DNA of 64,000 bases from Akkermansiaceae bacterium (GTDB taxonomy: Bacteria; Verrucomicrobiota; Verrucomicrobiia; Verrucomicrobiales; Akkermansiaceae): the NCBI GenBank assembly GCA_044373465.1, contig JBILQE010000011.1:7523-71522 (forward strand). The letters run 5' to 3'. A program made the position numbers and the translations under genes. Positions 60,817-64,000 of this stretch are shown here, piece by piece (position 1 is the stretch's first letter; each line of letters opens with the position of its first letter). The notes under the pieces were generated by a model that was not told where the DNA came from, made no database searches, and saw only the letters and a program-made list of their open reading frames with translations.

Positions 60817-63800
60817 ATGAATCTCCGTAAATTGTTCCCTGGCCTAATGGCCATTTGCGCATGGATGATGGTGGCCGCGCCGCCAAGCGCCCGCGCCCAG
60901 GACGGGCCGGACCTCTCCACCCTCGTCGACCAGTCGCTCAAGGCGATGAGCGCGGAAAAGTGGGATGAAGCGAACAAGATGCTGGGCGAGGCGATCAAGA
61001 AGCTCGGCCCGAATGTGATGCTCGTCCACGGTCCGCAGGCCGGGGTGTTGTATTACCGCAAGGGGATCTGCGAGATGAAGCTCGGCCAGTTCAAGGAGGC
61101 GATGAGCTCGTTCGAGACCTGCTACAAGGATTTCCCGAACAAGGGCGAGGCCGTCAAGGGGGGTGGCAACCCGTTCAACAAGCGCGCGTTGCTCCGCTGG
61201 GGCGAGGCCGCCCAGGGCAATGAGCAATACCAGGAGGCGATCGACCTCTACAAGAAGTTCATCGCCGAGCGCGACAAGGCTCCGGGCTCTCCGGACACCT
61301 ACGAGCAGGGGGTCTATTTCATCAACATGGCGATCTGCCACTTCAAGGTGAAGAAGATCCCGGAGGGGATCGAGAACCTCGAGATCGCCATCGACAACAA
61401 GGTGAAGTTCAAGACGCCGCCTCCGGGGATCATCGCCGCTTACCAGGCGCTCGTCGAGGCCGCCATCGAGGCGAAGAACGAGCAGGCGATCCTTGATTTC
61501 ATCAACCGCAACCGGGCCCACGTGGCGCTGCGGCCCTACGAGATGGTGACCTACTCGCCGCTGTTTTTGAAGCTGGCGGTGGATGCGTTCGGAGCGGACA
61601 TGGAAGCCGCGGCGCTGGAAATGTACGGGATGATTCCCGACACCAACTTGGCGGTCGCCGACCTGAAGGGGCGCATCGCCGAAGTCGAGCCGCGCAAGGG
61701 GATCGTCGACGGGGTCAACACCCTGAACGTGACCAAGATGAAGGCCGACCTGGCGCGCATCGAGGAAGCCCTCAGCAAGCACCAGTACATGGACGTCTTC
61801 ATCCTCGAGGGCTTGGCGATCCTGCATGAGCGCTCGGAGATCAACCACGCCGCCTACGCGGCCTATCTTGAAATCGAGCAGCGCTTCCCGAAAAACCCGA
61901 AGCGCGAGGACCATCTCTACCATCTCGTCCGGACCTCCTCGGTGGTTGGCGCGGTGCTTGAGACCGAGAAATACGGCGAGCTGTTCCGCAAGGAGTTCCC
62001 AAAGAGCCAGTACATCCCGGCAGTCGAGCAACTCATGCTCAGCTCATTGTTCTACGATGGCGAGTACGAGAAGGTCATCACCGTGGCCACCGCGCTCATC
62101 GACAAGCTCCAGGAGGGGACCGACCAGCACGACATCTGCCTTCACGTGCTCGGCGGCAGCTACTACTACACCGGCCAATACGACACGGCGGCGCCGCTCT
62201 TGGCGAAGCACGTGGAGCTTTATCCGAAGAGCCGGTTTGCGATGGCGGCGCAGTTCTTCGAAGGGTCGAACCAGATCCGTCTGCAGCGGTGGTCGGCGGC
62301 GGCGGCGTTGCTCGACAAGTTCCTCGAGAAATTCCCGGACGCGGCCAACAACCCATACCTGCCGTTCGCGTTGTATGACCGGGCGACCGCCCATTTCTAC
62401 GAGGACCAGCCGGACGAGGCGCTGACCAAGATCGAGCGGATCGAGAAGGAGTTCGGCACCTCGCCGATCATGGCGCCGTCCTACAACCTGCGCGGCAACG
62501 TCCTCCAGTCGAAGGAGGACCTTGCCGGAGCGGAAACCGCCTTCCGGGCCGCTCTGAAGATTGCCGAGGACTCATCCAACCGGATGGTCGCCGGCGAATC
62601 GCTCTCGTATCTCATCTCGCTGCTCGGCGGCGAAAAGATGCCCGAGGAAAGCCTGAAGGCCGCCGCGGAGCTTGCAGACCAGTTCTGGACGAAATACGCC
62701 GACGGCTCGGCCTACAAGATCCAGGTGTCGGTGGGCGGCGTGCGCCCGTACCGCGCGGTCGGCAAGGGCGAGGAAGCGCTTGGGCGCCTGCGCGATGCGA
62801 TCGCCGAACTCGCTGGCCGGGAGAACAACAACGGGATGGAGGAGGCGATCAACTCGTACACCGAGTTCTATCTTGAGGAGCACACGCCCGAGGAGCTCAA
62901 GGAGCACTACTACAACTTCCCGAAGGTGCGGCGCGACGACAAGGCGGCGCGGGCGCTGCTGCACATCGCAGTCATCGGGGTGTTTGAGAAGGAACAGCAA
63001 AAGGCCGGGGAAAACCAGGAGGCTGCCCGGCGTGCCGAGGCGATGATCACCGTGTTGTTCCGCGAGCTGGGCGCCGAGTTCACCCCCAAGGATCTCTCGC
63101 CGTTCATTCTGGTGCGCCTCGGCGATTACCTCCGGGAAAAAACCAAGAAGCCGGAAGAATCGCTCCCGTATTACGACGAGGCGATCGCGCGCAACGACCC
63201 GACGTACCAGTTCAGCGCGTTGTTTGGGCGCGCCGACGTCAAGGGGAAGTCGGCCAGCCCAGCCGACCTTGACCAGGCGATCGCCGACCTGAGCCTGGTC
63301 TACAAGGATGTCACCAGCCGGGCCCAGAAGGAGTCCGCGTTGTACCGCCTCATCGAGATCAGCGCCAAGAAGAAGGACCACGAAAAGGTCGAAAAGCTCA
63401 CCTCCGAGTATCTCGATCGCAAGGGGAACAACTTCGTCAAATGGTCCGGTCCGGTCGGCTTGCTCCGTGGCCAATCGTTTGAGGCGCGCGGCGACACCGA
63501 GTCGGCTCTGGCAACCTATTTGCAGGTCTGGAGTTCCAAGATCGGCACGATCCATATCTCCGCTCCCGCCATCGAGGCGTGGCTCCGGCTCGTCTGGCAG
63601 CGCAACAAGCCGGCGAGCGACAAGGCGCCGGCCGACCGCCAGGGTGCCTACGAGCGCGGCTACGAGTATGTCGAGATGACCCGGCCGTTCCTCGAGAAGA
63701 TGACCCCCGAGGAGAAGGAAATGTGGAAGAAGGTTGAGAACCTTGTCGCCGACTACCAGGCGACGCCGGGGATCAAGTCGATGGAGGAAGTCCGCCGGGA

Positions 63801-63819
63801 GAAAGAAGAACAGCGCTAA
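60817..63819 (+). CDS. Large secreted TPR/helical-repeat protein (about 1000 aa)
   Basis: ORF 60709..63819 trimmed to the ATG at 60817 (MNLRKLFPGLMAICAWMMVAAPPSARAQD, a signal peptide). Repeated ...W..A...L..A......Y...A.Y..G.C...LG.F.EA...F... TPR-like units run throughout. Confidence 0.75.
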   Translation: MNLRKLFPGLMAICAWMMVAAPPSARAQDGPDLSTLVDQSLKAMSAEKWDEANKMLGEAIKKLGPNVMLVHGPQAGVLYYRKGICEMKLGQFKEAMSSFETCYKDFPNKGEAVKGGGNPFNKRALLRWGEAAQGNEQYQEAIDLYKKFIAERDKAPGSPDTYEQGVYFINMAICHFKVKKIPEGIENLEIAIDNKVKFKTPPPGIIAAYQALVEAAIEAKNEQAILDFINRNRAHVALRPYEMVTYSPLFLKLAVDAFGADMEAAALEMYGMIPDTNLAVADLKGRIAEVEPRKGIVDGVNTLNVTKMKADLARIEEALSKHQYMDVFILEGLAILHERSEINHAAYAAYLEIEQRFPKNPKREDHLYHLVRTSSVVGAVLETEKYGELFRKEFPKSQYIPAVEQLMLSSLFYDGEYEKVITVATALIDKLQEGTDQHDICLHVLGGSYYYTGQYDTAAPLLAKHVELYPKSRFAMAAQFFEGSNQIRLQRWSAAAALLDKFLEKFPDAANNPYLPFALYDRATAHFYEDQPDEALTKIERIEKEFGTSPIMAPSYNLRGNVLQSKEDLAGAETAFRAALKIAEDSSNRMVAGESLSYLISLLGGEKMPEESLKAAAELADQFWTKYADGSAYKIQVSVGGVRPYRAVGKGEEALGRLRDAIAELAGRENNNGMEEAINSYTEFYLEEHTPEELKEHYYNFPKVRRDDKAARALLHIAVIGVFEKEQQKAGENQEAARRAEAMITVLFRELGAEFTPKDLSPFILVRLGDYLREKTKKPEESLPYYDEAIARNDPTYQFSALFGRADVKGKSASPADLDQAIADLSLVYKDVTSRAQKESALYRLIEISAKKKDHEKVEKLTSEYLDRKGNNFVKWSGPVGLLRGQSFEARGDTESALATYLQVWSSKIGTIHISAPAIEAWLRLVWQRNKPASDKAPADRQGAYERGYEYVEMTRPFLEKMTPEEKEMWKKVENLVADYQATPGIKSMEEVRREKEEQR

Positions 63820-63847
63820 AGCAACCCCCAACCGGGAAACCCAGATC

Positions 63848-64000
63848 ATGTTTACGACCACTCAAATCAAACTGGCAGCCATCGCGCTGCTGGCGGCAGG
63901 CACCCTTGGGAGCGCCACCGCGGCGCTAGCGCCGGTGCACCTCGTGTTTCCTGACGGGGCGCGCCAGGACGCCTGGGTCGAGGTGGCCACCGAGGTGGCG
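63848..64000 (+). CDS. Partial CDS (5' end): secreted protein of unknown function
   Basis: ATG at 63848. MFTTTQIKLAAIALLAAGTLGSATAALAPVHL... is signal-peptide-like. It runs off the window. Confidence 0.4.
   Translation, partial: MFTTTQIKLAAIALLAAGTLGSATAALAPVHLVFPDGARQDAWVEVATEVA

Noticed and set aside
1-64000. Scan for tRNA, rRNA, integrase/transposase, prophage or known defence-system genes (restriction-modification, Cas, Abi, CBASS-like).
   Set aside because: None is recognisable in any frame. The only defence-adjacent modules are the two type II TA pairs reported above.

Overview
This is a visibly GC-rich bacterial chromosomal segment. I see no rRNA, tRNA, CRISPR array, transposase or integrase. 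About 58 protein-coding genes are supportable.

(1) 198-37691 is one large Wzx/Wzy-type surface-polysaccharide locus.
- The long minus-strand arm carries five GT4-like and one GT2 glycosyltransferases, a pyruvyl transferase, three AT3 acyltransferases, a Wzy-like polymerase and two tandem Wzx-like flippases.
- It also carries two hexapeptide acyltransferases, a GNAT, a DegT aminotransferase, an ATP-grasp enzyme, a WbqC-like protein, a BKACE/DUF849 enzyme, RfbA, RfbB, UDP-xylose synthase, UDP-glucose dehydrogenase and a sulfotransferase.
- One plus-strand HprK-like P-loop kinase is embedded in this arm.
- A divergent plus-strand export arm encodes a WecA-like initiating-transferase fusion, a beta-barrel OMP, Wza and Wzc.

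(2) 37702-41390 holds malQ, an orphan mlaE permease and a UPF0175/PIN (DUF3368) toxin-antitoxin cassette.

(3) 41398-45763 is fur-like regulator, sufC, sufB, [hicB-hicA], sufD.

(4) 46114-58740 is mixed housekeeping: a small membrane protein, a sugar epimerase-like TIM barrel, an FAD enzyme with both halogenase motifs, rlmN, NUDIX, a metallophosphoesterase, an ABC-2 exporter with a helical partner, a Q/P-rich secreted repeat protein, two lipoproteins and nth.

(5) 58859-63819 is an ExbB-ExbD-ExbD-giant TPR cluster.

The most unusual things I can see directly:
- An amino-sugar tailoring sub-cluster combines a BKACE enzyme, an ATP-grasp ligase, WbqC, DegT and two N-acyltransferases, with RfbAB but no RfbCD.
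- An HprK-like kinase sits convergent with a sulfotransferase inside the glycan locus.
- A dispersed family of about 100-130 bp highly structured repeats (GTAGCGAAC...TTCGCTAC) has 7 copies, and some bracket a TA cassette.
- A second hairpin repeat family and a 353-bp inverted-repeat-bounded element flank the wbqC-like gene.
- Heptanucleotide tandem repeats lie in 5' leaders and in-frame inside a glycosyltransferase.
- A 105-bp direct duplication brackets the uxs cassette.
- A hicBA module is inserted in the suf operon.

The taxonomic impression (Verrucomicrobiota/Opitutae-like) is inference only. All product calls rest on motif recognition by eye, not on database searches.
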